Below are positions 15,866 through 36,807 of a stretch of 64,000 nucleotides of DNA, piece by piece. This DNA is from the human T2T-CHM13v2.0 reference genome, Homo sapiens, in NCBI RefSeq assembly GCF_009914755.1, contig NC_060935.1, one strand, 5' to 3'. Positions within the stretch are counted from its first letter, which is position 1. Every line of letters starts with the position of its first letter. The notes beneath the pieces were generated by a model, which did not search any database, was not told the origin of the DNA, and saw nothing but the letters and a program-made list of their open reading frames with translations. Both the position numbers and the translations under genes were made by a program.

Positions 15866-16536
15866 TTATGACTTTTTAAAAAAGGATGAGTTAATTGTTT
15901 TCTAGAGCCTATAATAACATTATTTACTTTATCACATATCCATCCACCTATTCTTCTGCCAATCCACTGTATTTTTTGAATGCATTTCAGAGTAAGTTTC
16001 AGACATCCATATGCTTGGCCTCTAAATACTTCAGTGTGTATATTATCATGTTGAAAAATTGTTGGTTTTAAGAAAGTGTTAGACCTTTTCCCAAAGGGTT
16101 GTGCCATTTTACACTTCCACCAATAATGTATGTGAATTCTTGTTTCATATCCTCTTGAACATTAAATAGTGTCAGTATTTTTAATTTTATTCATTCTGAT
16201 GGATATATAGTGGATTTAATTGCTTTTTCAGTTGGTTGACTGAAACCTGGATTCCATGATGAAGTTAAATGAAATTGAGATGCCAAGAATCCTTTGGTAA
16301 AATGTGGAAGAGAGAATCCAAAGAATTAGGGAGACGGGAATTTGGTGTGGGTTTATAAGTGTGACTCATTCACTCCTAGCTCTGTCCCCTAGGAGGGCCC
16401 GGGGACATTCTCTTCACCAAGGCATTGAGAAATATATTTGTGAGAGTGATGATATCTTCAGAAAGTACTGTAATAACCAGTTTCTGTAGGTTGGAGATAT
16501 TGGGGGAAGACACTACAGATGAAACAGCCTCCCTGA

Positions 16537-17150
<614 letters not shown>

Positions 17151-17525
17151 ATGTAGGTGCCCTCATTTCCACCAACATGATGGAATCCTAGGGTTGTGAG
17201 GGTGGGGTGGGGTACTTCACTGCCAGGGGCAAGCTGGGTGTGGTTACTCTGATTGCCAGCTGCTCTGAGTGGTCTGACCTGCAGAGATCTTTGCTGGTTG
17301 ATCATTTTGAGATCACTGAGTCCCTAGGATTAAAGAATGTAAGCAGTTCACTAAGATTCTAACTGATCTGTAAAACCCAAAACCCTCTGGAACTGGTGAA
17401 AAGGGGACCCACTTAAGACAATAGGATGGGGAATAATGGAGTTATGATCTCTCACTGAATTTCCTGTCCTGGGTTTGTTCACAGACTTACAGCCCCATGA
17501 ATGGGGTGAAGGCAAGTTTACTTAA

Positions 17526-17905
<380 letters not shown>

Positions 17906-17967
17906 CTCCCTTTGTATTCCTTATAGGGTCCCCCAGAAAGGCCTGTGGTCATTTTCCAGGATAGCTA

Positions 17968-18290
17968 TTGTAGGTTTAATTGTGTCTCCTCCAAAAGATA
18001 TGTTGAAGTTCTGGTCCCCAGTACCTGTGAAATAGGTGACCTTATTTTGAAATAGTTTATTTGCAATCAGGTTAAGGTGAGGTCATACTGGTTTAGCCCT
18101 AATCCAATGATGGTCTCCTTAGAAGAAGCTTTTTTTTCTTTTCTTTTCTTTCTTTTTCTAACCTTATAAAAAAGGAGAAATTTGGACACAGAGGGAACAC
18201 CATGTGAAGATGGAGAATAAATTTCCGTGGTTTCAGGCTACCTTGTGTATAATATTTTGTTATGGCAGCCCTAGGAAACAGATCCAGTAA
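17968..18290 (+). mobile_element. MLT1-family MaLR LTR fragment
   Basis: tgtaggtttaattgtgtctcctccaaaagatatgttgaagt...tttgttatggcagccctaggaaac. Confidence 0.7.
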
Positions 18291-18418
18291 CTGTGACCTT
18301 GGGAGTGTTGGACATTGGCTCTAATGCTAATCTTTGGAGTTGTAGTTGGCACAGTGATTAATGAATCACTCAGAGTGAATGAAGGCTTATGGAGTCAAGT
18401 GATAAATTGACTTTTGAT

Positions 18419-18720
18419 TTTTTTTCTGAGACAGGGTCTTGCTATGTTGCCCAGGGTGGAGTGCAGTGGCATGATCATAACCCACTACAGCCTCGAACTC
18501 CTGTACTGAAGCCATCCCCTTGTCTCAGCCTCCTGATTAGCTGGAACTACAGGCGTGTGCCACCATGGCTAGCTACCTTTTTTTTTTCTTTTTAAATTTT
18601 TGTAAAGACAGGGATCTCACCATGTTGCCTAGGCTGGTCTCGAACTCTGGGCTCAAGTGATCCTCCTGCCTTGGCCTCCCAAAGTGCTAGGATTGCAGGT
18701 GTGAGCCACTGTGCCTGGCT
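18419..18720 (-). mobile_element. AluJ-like
   Basis: Diverged Alu dimer. Confidence 0.85.
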
Positions 18721-19990
18721 GCAACTTTTGATTTCAGTCTACCTTACTATCATCCCAGTTCTTAAACCCATTTTCCCATCATTTCTTTAGTTCCCGAGTG
18801 TATAGTTAGACTAGATGCATTCAGCAAATGGCAGAATCCCCATGTTTCTCCAGTCCATGGAATATGTGGTTGAAAGGGTCGAGCAAAAGCACTAAACCTT
18901 CCTCCCTATTTAAATTATAAACAAAGAGCAATAATGCCTTGCTGGGGGAAATGCGAGATTAGTGCAACCATCAAAGATCTGAAAATTTAGAGGTGAAAAT
19001 TCTTGTTACTTATCCATTTAATTTACCTGTTTGGCTCACAAAGAAGTCAGAAGGGCCTTTGAGAATGACGGTGGATGATTGAAAGTTTAAGACAGGTGAT
19101 GACTCCAGTTGCATTGCTCTTGCAGATGTGGTTTCTCCACTAGAGCAAATCAACAGCGCCTCTCCCACCTGCGATGAAGTTATTAACTTGCAAATGTTTT
19201 TTCCCTATTTCAATAAGCAAAGAAGACCAGAGGTAATTTTGTTTATCCTGGCAGGGGCAGAAGTACATTTTCACTATTTTGCTTCAAGAACTATGTCAGC
19301 TCTCTGCCTCTGTGCCACAATTTAGTACACAGGGACTTTGATAATCTTAAAGTCCCATAACACGTTACACTGGCGAACTATGATTATGATAAAGTGCTGA
19401 TAAATCCTAAATAGCAGAAAGTACTCGGTACCCTGAATGCCTTAATGAGTTGTTGTCGTCAGCGTTTTGGATTTAAGCCATTCTAGTAGGTGCATAGTGA
19501 TATCTCATTTATTGTTTTAATTTGCAATTCCCTGATGACATAATGTTGAGCATCTTTCATGTATTTATTTGCTGTCTGCACATATCCTTTGGTGAGGTGT
19601 CTGTTCCTATCTTTTGCTAATTTTTAAATCGGGTGATTGTTTCTTTATTGTCAAGTTTGAAAAGTTCTTGTATATTTTGGACACCAGTCCTTTATATGTG
19701 TTTTACAAAGATTTTATCCCAGTTCGTGGTTTGTCTTCATTCTCTCAAAAGCATCTTTTGCAGAATAGAAGCTTTTAATTTTAGTAAAGTCTAACATATG
19801 TTTCTTCTTTCATGAATTCTGCTTTTGGTGTTGTATTAAAAAAAATCACCGTCTTCATTTATATAGTAGTAAGTAAACTTTAAGAATAGTAAAATAAATA
19901 AATAAGTACATAGAAAATCGTCACCAAACCCAAGGTCATCTAGATTTTGTCTTATGTTATCTTCTAGGAGTTTTATAGTTTTGCATTCAA

Positions 19991-21018
<1,028 letters not shown>

Positions 21019-21019
21019 T

Positions 21020-21310
21020 ACTTATTAAAACACAATATCCTACTTCATACTTTCAAGACTATTGGTGATACTCTTGAAAAAGAGAGATCCACTATTAACA
21101 GTGAGATTTTCTTCCAAACAACTAATATTCATTCTACAAGTTCTGATAGTGGCACTTTCTTGAATTTATCAGAAGGTATGTGTGAAAACTTTCTAGACAA
21201 TAACCAACACTCATTCTTTCCTCGAATGGTCCTTAAGTGGACTAAAATGCTCAGGAGTGGCAGTTATCCAGCCATGCCACCAGGAATAACAATCCCATGT
21301 AGGCGTGGCA
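21020..21310 (-). mobile_element. Pogo/Tc2-like (Tigger/Kanga type) DNA transposon transposase relic
   Basis: Minus-strand conceptual translation IVIPGGMAG*LPLL...PLKDHSRKE...W...PSDKFKKVPLSEL...WKKIS...ITNSLE resembles the DDE_1 motif IPGGxTxxLQPLD..PFK. Confidence 0.65.
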
Positions 21311-21719
21311 GTGGCATCTCTACCACGGCCACTTCCTGGTTGACGGTGATTCTGATGGTTCTCAATTTCAGATGTTCAGATTTCAGTTTTGATAACACAT
21401 GTATCTTGACATCCATGAAACAAACAGTAGTGGTATACCAATTTTATCAAAATTTAGTTGCACTTTATGTCTTAATCAGGTATGTATCATATATTGACCA
21501 TGATTATTTTAACTTCTTTATACCAATTTTTGCTTTTCCTGGAATTCATAGTTGTCTTTTTAAAAATTTGCTTTGTTTTCTAAGTTGCTATCATTATCAC
21601 TCTTCTAGGGAATTGTAAACCCTTAGAGATACTCTTTTCCACACAGTCAAACATATTAGGTCTTCTATCAATCCCATTATTTTTTTCCTGGAGACTTCTC
21701 TTCTGGAGCTTTCTGAGGT

Positions 21720-22190
21720 CGGCTGGATTATTATTCCCAGTTCTTCACTTCCTCTCTGTTACAGAATAGAATGATATGCCCATGCTTTTTGCCATGAACT
21801 TTGCAGTATCTCCCACTAGAGTAGGGAGAGTATATTTCCCTGCCCCACTGATGGTGAGCATGGCCCTATGACTTGCTTTGGCCCAAGAACGGTAATAGAC
21901 ATGAGAGGAGCAGAGGATTAAAATGTGACTGTGTAACCTGGCTTGCTTCTTGAGCTTCTGCAGTTCCCCCTGACAAGTACAAGGCCTGGGTAGATGTTGG
22001 TTCAAGGAGAATGAGAAAACATGGGGAAAAGACCTTAACAGGAACCTCATTCTAGAGCCAAGCCCAGCTAGGTCCAGCTGTATTGACTGAACCCTCGTCA
22101 GAATGCATAGTCATGAACATGAATCATCTTTGTTGTTGTAAGCCACCGAGATCTTGAGGTTTCCTTTTACTACATAGAAAACACTGACCA
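21720..22190 (+). mobile_element. MLT1-family LTR
   Basis: gccatgaactttgcagtatctcccact...atgacttgctttggcc...ttgttgttgtaagccaccgagat. Confidence 0.65.
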
Positions 22191-22192
22191 AC

Positions 22193-22545
22193 TGATATGG
22201 TTTGGCTCTGTGTCCCTACCCAAATCTCATCTGTAATCCCCAGGTGTCAAGGGAGGGAAGCAATTGGATTATGGGGGCGGTTTTCCCCCATGCTGTTCTC
22301 ATGATAGTGAGTGAGTCTCATGAGATCCGATGGTTTTATAAGTAGAATTTTCCTGTGCCCACCCTCACTCCCTCCTGCTGCCTTATGAAGAAGGTGCCTT
22401 GCTTCCCCTTGACCTTCTGCCATGATTGTAAGTTTCCTGAGGCCTTCCAGCCCTGTGGAACTGTAAGTCAATTAAACCTCTTTCCTTTATAAATTACCAA
22501 GTCTCGGGTATTTCTTTATAGCAGTGTGAAAATGGACTAATAACA
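22193..22545 (+). mobile_element. MST/THE1-family MaLR solo LTR
   Basis: TGATATGGTTTGGCTCTGTGTCC ... ATGGACTAATAACA. Confidence 0.85.
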
Positions 22546-22940
22546 CCGGTATACCTTCTGCCTTCCTGCACCAATCTGGACTAGCAGTTGCTCTGCAGAG
22601 CTGTTGTTCTGGGATATCTCTTTGCTTATCTCTTGGGTTGGGTCCCCCATTTACTGAATTCTGTGACTTTCTTCTTCTCAGTTTATTTCCTTGTTTTGAT
22701 GAAGCCCATCTTCAAATAGCTTTCTGAGAATGGGTGCAATGGTAGGAGTATTTTTTGAGATCCCAAATATCTAAACATGTTCACTGTATTATCACATTTG
22801 ATTCATAATTTGGCTAGATGTGGATTTCTAGGTTGAAAGTAATTTTCTCTCAGAATTTTGAAGGCATTCCTATGTTGCCTTTCAACTTGCTTGTTGTTTT
22901 TAAGGAATGCATTATGATTTCCTATTTGCATGTGATTTCT

Positions 22941-23309
22941 TGATATGGTTTGTCTCTGTTTCCCCACCCAAATCTCATCTCAAATTGTAATCCCCACGTG
23001 TCAATGGAGGGTCCAGGTGAAGGTAATTGGATCATGGGGGTGGTTTCCCCCTTGCTGGTCTTGTGATAATGAGTGAGTTCTCAGGAGATCTGGTGGTTTT
23101 GTAAGTGGTTGGTGATTTCTCCTGTGTTCATTCTCTTTCCTGCTGCCTTGTGAAGAAGGTGCATGTTTCGCCTTCCCCTTCTGCCATGATTGTAAGTTTC
23201 TTGAGGCCCCCCCAGCCATGTGGAACTGTGAGTCAATTCAACCTCTTTCCTTTATAAATTACCCAGTCTTGGGTAATTCTTTATAGCAGTGTGAAAACCA
23301 ACTAATACA
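22941..23309 (+). mobile_element. MST/THE1-family MaLR solo LTR
   Basis: TGATATGGTTTGTCTCTGTTTCCCC ... AACTAATACA. Confidence 0.85.
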
Positions 23310-23449
23310 CTTATTTTTCCTTTGGAAGTTTTTAGAATCTTCTTTATGTCCTGAGTATTCTGATATTTACTGATGATATGGCTGGCTCAGAATCTATTTT
23401 CAACCACTGGGCATCAGTGGATCTGAAAACTGATGTCTATTAGTGATGA

Positions 23450-24337
<888 letters not shown>

Positions 24338-24983
24338 TTAAGGCATATTGTTTTTTTTTTGACGGTCGTTATTATTTTTTCTTTTCTCTCTCGATAGTAT
24401 AGATTTCAGGGGAAGGTTTCCTGTGTTGTTTCTGCTTCCTGTTGGTTTTCTTTTTCCTGGTTATATTTTTGGTCTTTCATGTTCAACCTTTCCTTACATG
24501 TCTGGTGACTTTCTTTTCCTTTCTTATTTAAGAGTGTGGTACCACAAAGTTTCTTGGAAGCTGTGTGTGTGTGTGCCAAGTTTGTGAAATGTAGTGTTAC
24601 TGTATGGTGATGGGATAGGGACTCAGCCATTTTGCTGGAGGATGTAAAATGTCCTATCTATAGCCTTTTTCTCTAGGATCATTCAGTGTCTTCAGTGACA
24701 AATTTTCAGTATTCTGCCCAGGAAGGAAATATGCCTGGCTGCCACTGTGCTTGGAGCTTGTGCCAGAAGGGCTAGGGTGTTACAGTAGGCTTGTTTTCAA
24801 TTGTGTTTTTTGGCACAGCTCTTGCCTTTTGCTGTTCCTGGGTCCTAAGCCTGGAGGCTTTCAGGGTAGATTCATCCACAGGCTAAAGCTTCAGACTCCT
24901 GTCCCTGTGGGGAAGGTGTAATCAGCTGACCAGAATGGAGGAAGAGACATGGAAATCTTACTGCATTTTAAAAATAAATGTTC

Positions 24984-26408
<1,425 letters not shown>

Positions 26409-27099
26409 TAGATAAGACTTTTAATAATATTCCTGGGGCTATTTCACTATTGGCACATGCAGATTCATCTTGTTCTCTTTTATTGGCTACATCATACCAT
26501 ATTGTAATGGACGTGCTGGTTTTGAAACAATATCTTGAGAGCGCTGGGAAAACTGCAGTTTAAAAGATTCCCTTTAGTAAATTCTTTTTGTAGAACAAAT
26601 AATTATTTGGGGGTAATGAATACTTACTCATTAGTTTTTCAGGTTTGGACGCTTGTATTTTAATACATCAAGCTTTCTTAAAGTGATCCCATCTATAAAT
26701 GACAGATGACTACATATATAATTACATGGGTGTTAGGTGAGATTCTCAGTGAGGAAGTGAGAGGAACTTGAGAATCTTTTAGTTTCAAGAAACAGAAGCT
26801 GTACCTGAAGGGATATTCCAGCTAAAGGAAAAAGAAAAGTTAATTTTAGGGATACTCTGTTGTTTTGCAGGCCCTAACAGCAGATAGGTTTTAGGGAAAA
26901 CCGGGACCAGGGACCCAGACACCAATGGTATTCTCTGATGTTGCTATAAACATTCATGTACAGGTTTTTGTGTGGACATAAGTTTTCAACATATTTGAGT
27001 AAAACACCAAGGAGCAGAACTGAAGGATCATACAGTAAAAAGTATGTTTAGTTTTGTAAACAACCACTAACTGTCTTCCAAAGCTGCTGCATTATTTTA

Positions 27100-27600
27100 C
27101 TTTATTATATTATATTTATAATATAATAATACTTATATAAGTATTATATATAATATATAATAATATAATATAAATATAATATTTATATTTCAATATTATA
27201 ATATAAATATAATATTTATATTTAAATATTATCATATAAATATAAATATAATATATTATAATTATTATAATATAAATATAATATATTATAATTATTATAA
27301 TATAAATATAATATATATTATAAATATTATAATATAAATATATTATAATATTATAATATAAATATATTATAAATATTATAATATAAATATATTATAAATA
27401 TTATAATATAAATATATTATAAATATTATAATATAAATATATTATAAATATTATAATATAAATATATTATAAATATTATAATATAAATATATTATAAATA
27501 TTATAATATAAATATAATATATTATAAATATAATATAAATATAATATTTAATATTTATAATATAAATATAATATTTATATTATAATATTATAATACTTTA
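27100..27600. repeat. AT-rich minisatellite (25-bp core AAATATTATAATATAAATATATTAT)
   Basis: ~500 bp almost purely A/T; five perfect 25-bp units at 27371-27495 with degenerate flanking units. Confidence 0.93.
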
Positions 27601-28079
27601 GCTCTGCTCCTGCCTGCACTTTGCTCCACTGGACTCTGCTCTTTTTCCCCTAGCAGGTAAGTTTCCTCCACTATTCTGACCCTTGGAGTAGACAACTTGG
27701 TTATGGACAGCTCCAGACCTGTACATCCTAGTTAGGCACTCTAAACAGAGATTTGTGGTGTATTCTCTGTTCTAGTTTTAAAATTTCTGGAGGAGAGGGA
27801 AGTCTGATTTGCTCTGGTGGGTCAGGTTGTCACATCAGAACCAGTGAAATGTATCTAGATGTATCCAGGGAGCAGTGTCATAGCTACTAACATGACAGAA
27901 GCTCTGATAGGTCTTTGGGTGGTGGGAATGGGTTGGGAGAGAGTGTTGCAATAAGAAGGGGAGTGTTAAGCACACTGTCACTTAGGAGTGCACACTGCGG
28001 TTACAGAATCTTCTAATTCTTTGGTGGAAGCTTCCTGGAAGGGGAAGTTTCAGTGGTGCTATCATTCAAAGAAAATTCA

Positions 28080-29515
<1,436 letters not shown>

Positions 29516-31115
29516 TTAAGCTGATATGTTTTAGTCATCAGGAAATTATACTTATTTTATATAATTAATTGCCTAAGAAATGCTAAATGGATGAAGCGAT
29601 ACTGCAATGGGAAGAAACAAAGATAAAAACCCAAATCATGAGATTATGCCGTGGAGTCTTACTGATTTGTTCTTCCTGCAAACACTCGGTAAGCATCTAT
29701 TGTGTGTATGAGTATGTCCAGGTAAGCTACAGAAATCAGGTAGAGGAAGGAAGACCCTAAAACAGTTTTCAACTTTAACCTGTTAAAATATGAGCCATAA
29801 CTTTTTGGATACAGCTCTATTCCCCTCCCCCCCATTTTAAAAAGAAACTCTATTAGAATGTGGTTCATTTAACTTTTAAAAGTTAATCGACAATTTTTTT
29901 AGAGCAGCTTTAGGTTCACAGCAAAACGGAGTGGAAAGTATACAGCATTCCCATACCCCCCTCTCCTGCCCTAGTACCAACCCCCCCCAACAAAGCCTTC
30001 ATTATCGATATTAGCATCAGATTGGAATATTTGGTACAATCAATGCACCAATATTGACACATACATCATAATTGACCAAAGTCCATAGTTAAAGTTCACT
30101 GTATTTACATTCTGTAGATTTTGACAAATGTATAATAACGTATGCCCACACTTGTAATATCATACAGAATAATTTCACTGCCCTAAAAATCCCCTGTGCT
30201 CCACCTATTGATCTCTCTCCACTTAAGTCCCTAGAAATCACTTCTGTTTTTACTGTCTCTATAGTTCTGTCTTTTCCATGATGCCATATAGTTGGAATCA
30301 TACAGTATATAGGCTTTTCAGAATGACTTCTTTCACTTAGTGATAAGAATGTAAAGTTTCTCTATGTGTTTTTATGGCTTAATAGCTCATTTCTTTTTAG
30401 CATTAAATAATATTCCACTGTCTGGATGTACCAGAGTTTCTTTATCCACTTACCTATTGAAGGACATTTTAATTTCTTTCAAATTTTGACAATTATGAAT
30501 AAAGCTGCTACAAACATTCATGTGTAGGTTTTTGGGTGTACGTAAGTTGTCAACATAGTTGAGTAAACACAAAGGAGCTCAGTTGTAGGATCATATGGTA
30601 AAAGTATGTTTGGTTTTGTAAACAACTGCTGTCTTCCAAAGTGACTGTATCCTTTTGCATTCCCTCCAGCAATGAATGAGAGTTCCTATTGCTCCACCTC
30701 CTTGCCAGTATTTGGTATGGTCAGAGTTTTGAATTTTAGCCATTCTAAAGTATAGTGGTATCTCATTGTTTTAATTTGCAATTCCCTAATGACATAGGAT
30801 GTGGAGGATCTTTTCATATGCTTATTTGTCATCTGTATATCTTCTTTGGTGATGTGTCTTTTCAGATAGTTTGCCCGTTGTTTAATCTGGTTTTCTTATT
30901 GTTCAGTTGTAAGCATATATTTTGAATATTCCTGTATCACATATGTCTTTTGTAAATATTTTCTCCCAGTCTGTGACTTCTTTTCTCATTCTCTTGACAT
31001 TTAACTTTGATATATTAAAACATTTTTTTGAAAGCATGTATTTCCTTATTTTTAAAACTGAGGCATAATTTTTGAGATATAAAACTTTGAGATATAATTC
31101 ACATCATAAAATTCA

Positions 31116-31484
<369 letters not shown>

Positions 31485-31518
31485 TCACGAGGTCAGGAGA
31501 TCCAGATCATCCTGGCTA

Positions 31519-31780
<262 letters not shown>

Positions 31781-32620
31781 CTATGTAATTCTAGAACATT
31801 TCATCACTCCAAAAAGAAACCCCCAAGTTCATTATCAGTCATTTCGATTCCCCTTTCCCATTACCTGGCAACCACTAATCTACTTTCGGTCTCTGTGAAT
31901 TTGCCTATCTGGACATTTTCATATAAATAGAATCATCTACTATGTGGTATTTTGTAACTGGATTCTTTCATTTTGCATATTTCAAGGTTCATGTTGTAGT
32001 GTAAATCAATACTTCATTCTTTTCATGTCTGAATAATATTCTGTGTATATGTATAGATACACCATATTTTATCCATCCATTCATCAGTTTGATGAACATT
32101 TGGGTTGTTTCCACTTTTTAATTATTATGAAAAATGTTGCTATGTACATTGTGTGTAAGTTTTTGTGTGGCTGTATGTTTTCCTGTCTCTTAGGTATAAG
32201 CTAGGAGTAGAATTGCTGGGTTAGATGGAAACTCTATGTTTAACTTTTTGAGTGACTGTTAGGCTCTTTTCCAAAGTGGCTGCCTCACTTTACATTCCTA
32301 CCAGTAGTGTATGAGAGTTCAATTTCTCCAAATCCTCACCAACACTTGTTATTGCCTATCTTTTTTATTATAGTCATTTTGGCGGGTATGTATAGTGGAT
32401 TTGATTTGCATTTCCCTGATAGCTAATGACACCGAACATCTTTCATGTGCTTTTTAACCTTTTATGTATCTTCTTTGGATAAATGTCTATTTAGATCCTT
32501 TGCCTGTTTTAAAATTGGGTTAATTTGCTTTTTATGGTTGTGTTTTAAGAGTTCTTTATATACTCTGTATACTAGACTCTTATCAAATCTGAGTTTCAAA
32601 GATTTTCTCCCATTCTATAG

Positions 32621-32878
<258 letters not shown>

Positions 32879-34198
32879 TGATCTGCCCACCTCAGCCTCC
32901 CAAAGTGCTGGGATTACAGGCGTGAGCCAGCACGCCCAGCCAAAACTTTTCAATTTGGATGAAGTTGCATTTATTTTTTCTTGTTGTTTGGTTTTAGTGT
33001 CATATCTAAGAAACCATTGCCTAATCCTAAAAAAAAACTGTGGTAAAACATACAAAATATAAAACGTCACAATTTTGACCATTTTAAAGTTTATAATTCA
33101 AAGGCATTTAGTATACTGACAATGTTATGCAACTATCACCACTATCGGGTTCCAGAACGTTTCATCACCCGAAAGAAAATCCTACACCAGTTAAGCAATT
33201 ACTCCATTCCTCCCTTTCCCTATCCTGGCAACCACTCATCTACTTTTTGTCGCTCTATATATGCATATTCTGGACATTTCATATATAGGAAATAATACAA
33301 TATGTGGCCTTTTATGTCTGGCTTATTTTACTTAGTATAATGTTTTCAAGGTTCATCCATGTCGTAGCATGTATCAGTACTTCATCCTTTCTATGGCTGA
33401 ATAATATTAATGATATGGATACACCACATTTTGTTTATCCATTCATCAGTTGATGCATATTAGGGTTGTTTCTATCTTTGGGCTATTGTGAATAGCAAAA
33501 GAAAAAAGAAAAAACATGCAGAACTTTTTGTTTGAACATCTGCATGTCTCTTAGGTATAACCTCGGAGTAGAATTGTTGGGTCATATAGAAACTCTGTTT
33601 AAGCTTTTCAGTGACCGGTAGACTCTTTTCCAAAGTGGCGGCATCATTTTACATTCCTACCAGCAATAAATGAGGGTTCACATTTTTCCACATCCTTGCC
33701 AACAGTTATTTCATTACTTTGTTTTTGTTTTACCTTATAGTCATCCTAGTGGGTGAGAGTAGTATCGCGTCATTTTGATTTGTATTTCTCTAATGACTAA
33801 TGATATTGATGATACTGAGTATCTTTTCATGTACTCATTGGCCTTTTGTACATCTTTTTTTGAAGAGATTACAACTATATCTTCTTCTAAGAGTTTTATC
33901 ATTGTTTTAACTCTTGTGCTTAGGTCTTTGATCCCGTGTAAGTTAATTTTTGTGTATGGTGTGGGGTAGGGGTCCAGTTTATTTTTTTGTATGTGGATAT
34001 TCAGTTGTCCCAACATCATTTACTATTCTTTCCACATTATGTTTCATAATTTTTTCATTGAATGTTGGACATCACGTGTAGAACAGAAGAGACTGTAATA
34101 AATAGTATTTATGCCTAGAAATGAGCATGCCTCTCCTTTTCATAGGCTGTTTGTGTGGGTAATTGAGGTAATTTAGTCCAGATTTGATCTGGGTTTAG

Positions 34199-34426
<228 letters not shown>

Positions 34427-34773
34427 TAGCCAGGATGGTCTCGATATCCTGACCTCGTGATGAACCCGCCTCGGCCTCCCAAAGTGCTGGGATTACAGGC
34501 GTGAGCCACCGCACCCGGCCTGCTATCAGCTTTGAATTCCTCTAGCATTACCTTATGGTTAGGGTGGAGGCTGGGTTGGTACAACTTTATCAATTTTTTT
34601 ATGTTTCAAAATTGATTAATTTTCCTCATCTCTTGACTCTTTCTATTCTTTTTGTCCTCATGGGTAATTACTTTTTTTCCACATTTAAAAATTGTGAAAA
34701 AATATACATAATGTAAAATTTGCCATCGTAACCATTTATACATGTATAGTACAGCAGTATTAAATACACTTTA

Positions 34774-35258
<485 letters not shown>

Positions 35259-36472
35259 TCATACAATATTTGTCTTTTTTGTTAATTTGTATGTGTGTGT
35301 GTGTGAGGCAGAGTTTCACTCTGTTGCATGAGCTGGAGTGCAGTGGTGTGATCATGGCTCGCTGCAACTTCAACCTCCCAGGCTTAAGTGACCCTTCTAC
35401 CTCAGCCTCCCCGGTAGCTGGCATCACACGCAAGTGCTACCATACCCAGCTAATTTTTTTCATGTTTTTGTAGAGAAGGGGTCTTGCTATATTGCCCAGG
35501 CTGATCTTGAATTTCTGAGCCCCAGCAATGCTTTCACCTTAGCCTCCCAAAGTGCTGAGATTACAGATGTGAGCCACTATGCCTGGCCAACTTTGTCTTT
35601 TTGTGACTGGCTTATTTCACTTTGCATAATGTCCTTAAGGTTCATCCATATTGTAGCATATGTTAGAATTTCCTTCTTTTTTATGACTGAATAATATTCT
35701 ATTGTATGTATATACTACATTTTGCTTATCTGTTATCTGTTGATGGATACTTGTGTTGCTTCCATGTTTTAGCTATTGTGAATAACGCTGCTCTATGGAA
35801 TATGGGTATACAATATCTCTTTGGGACTCTGCTTTCAATTCTTTTGGTTATATACCCAGAAATGAAATTGCTGGATTATATGATAATTACATATGTAATT
35901 GTTTTAAGAACCTCCATATTGTTTTCGACAGTGGCTGTGTCATTTTACATTCCCGCCAACAGTGCAAAAGGGTTCCAACTTCTCCAAACCCTCATCAACA
36001 CTTGTTATTTTCTGATTTTTAAAAATTGCAAACATCCTAATGGTCTGAGGTGGTGTCTCATTGTAGTTTTGATTCACATTTCCCTAATGATTACTGATGT
36101 TGAGTATGTGTTTTTGTGCTTATTGGCCATTTGTATATATTCTTTGGAAAAATATTTATTCAAATCCTTTGCCCATTTTAAATTATTTTTTATTGAAAAA
36201 ATTGATACAGGGTCTTACTGTGTCAACCGGGAGGGAGTGTGGTGGCATGATCTCTGTTCACTGCAACCTCCATCTCCCGGGCTCAAGCAATCCTTCCACC
36301 ACAACCTCTCAAGGAGCTGGGACCACAGGCATGCCCCACCACGCCCAGCTAATTTTTTTGTATTTTTGGTAGAGGTGGGGTTTTGCTATATTGTCCAACC
36401 TGGTCTCAAAACTCCTGGTCCCAAGCAATCTGATTACCTCCACCTCTCAAAGTGCTGGGCTTACAGGCGTGA

Positions 36473-36807
<335 letters not shown>

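Noticed and set aside
21160-21618. 152-aa plus-strand ORF
   Set aside because: Antisense to the transposase relic, TTG start, no homology recognised
26930-27100. Similarity to ~30500-30660 suggesting a local duplication
   Set aside because: Both are copies of the same L1M 3' region with normal family-level divergence
27100-27600. Regular repeat array as a CRISPR-like structure
   Set aside because: No unique spacers; eukaryotic AT minisatellite
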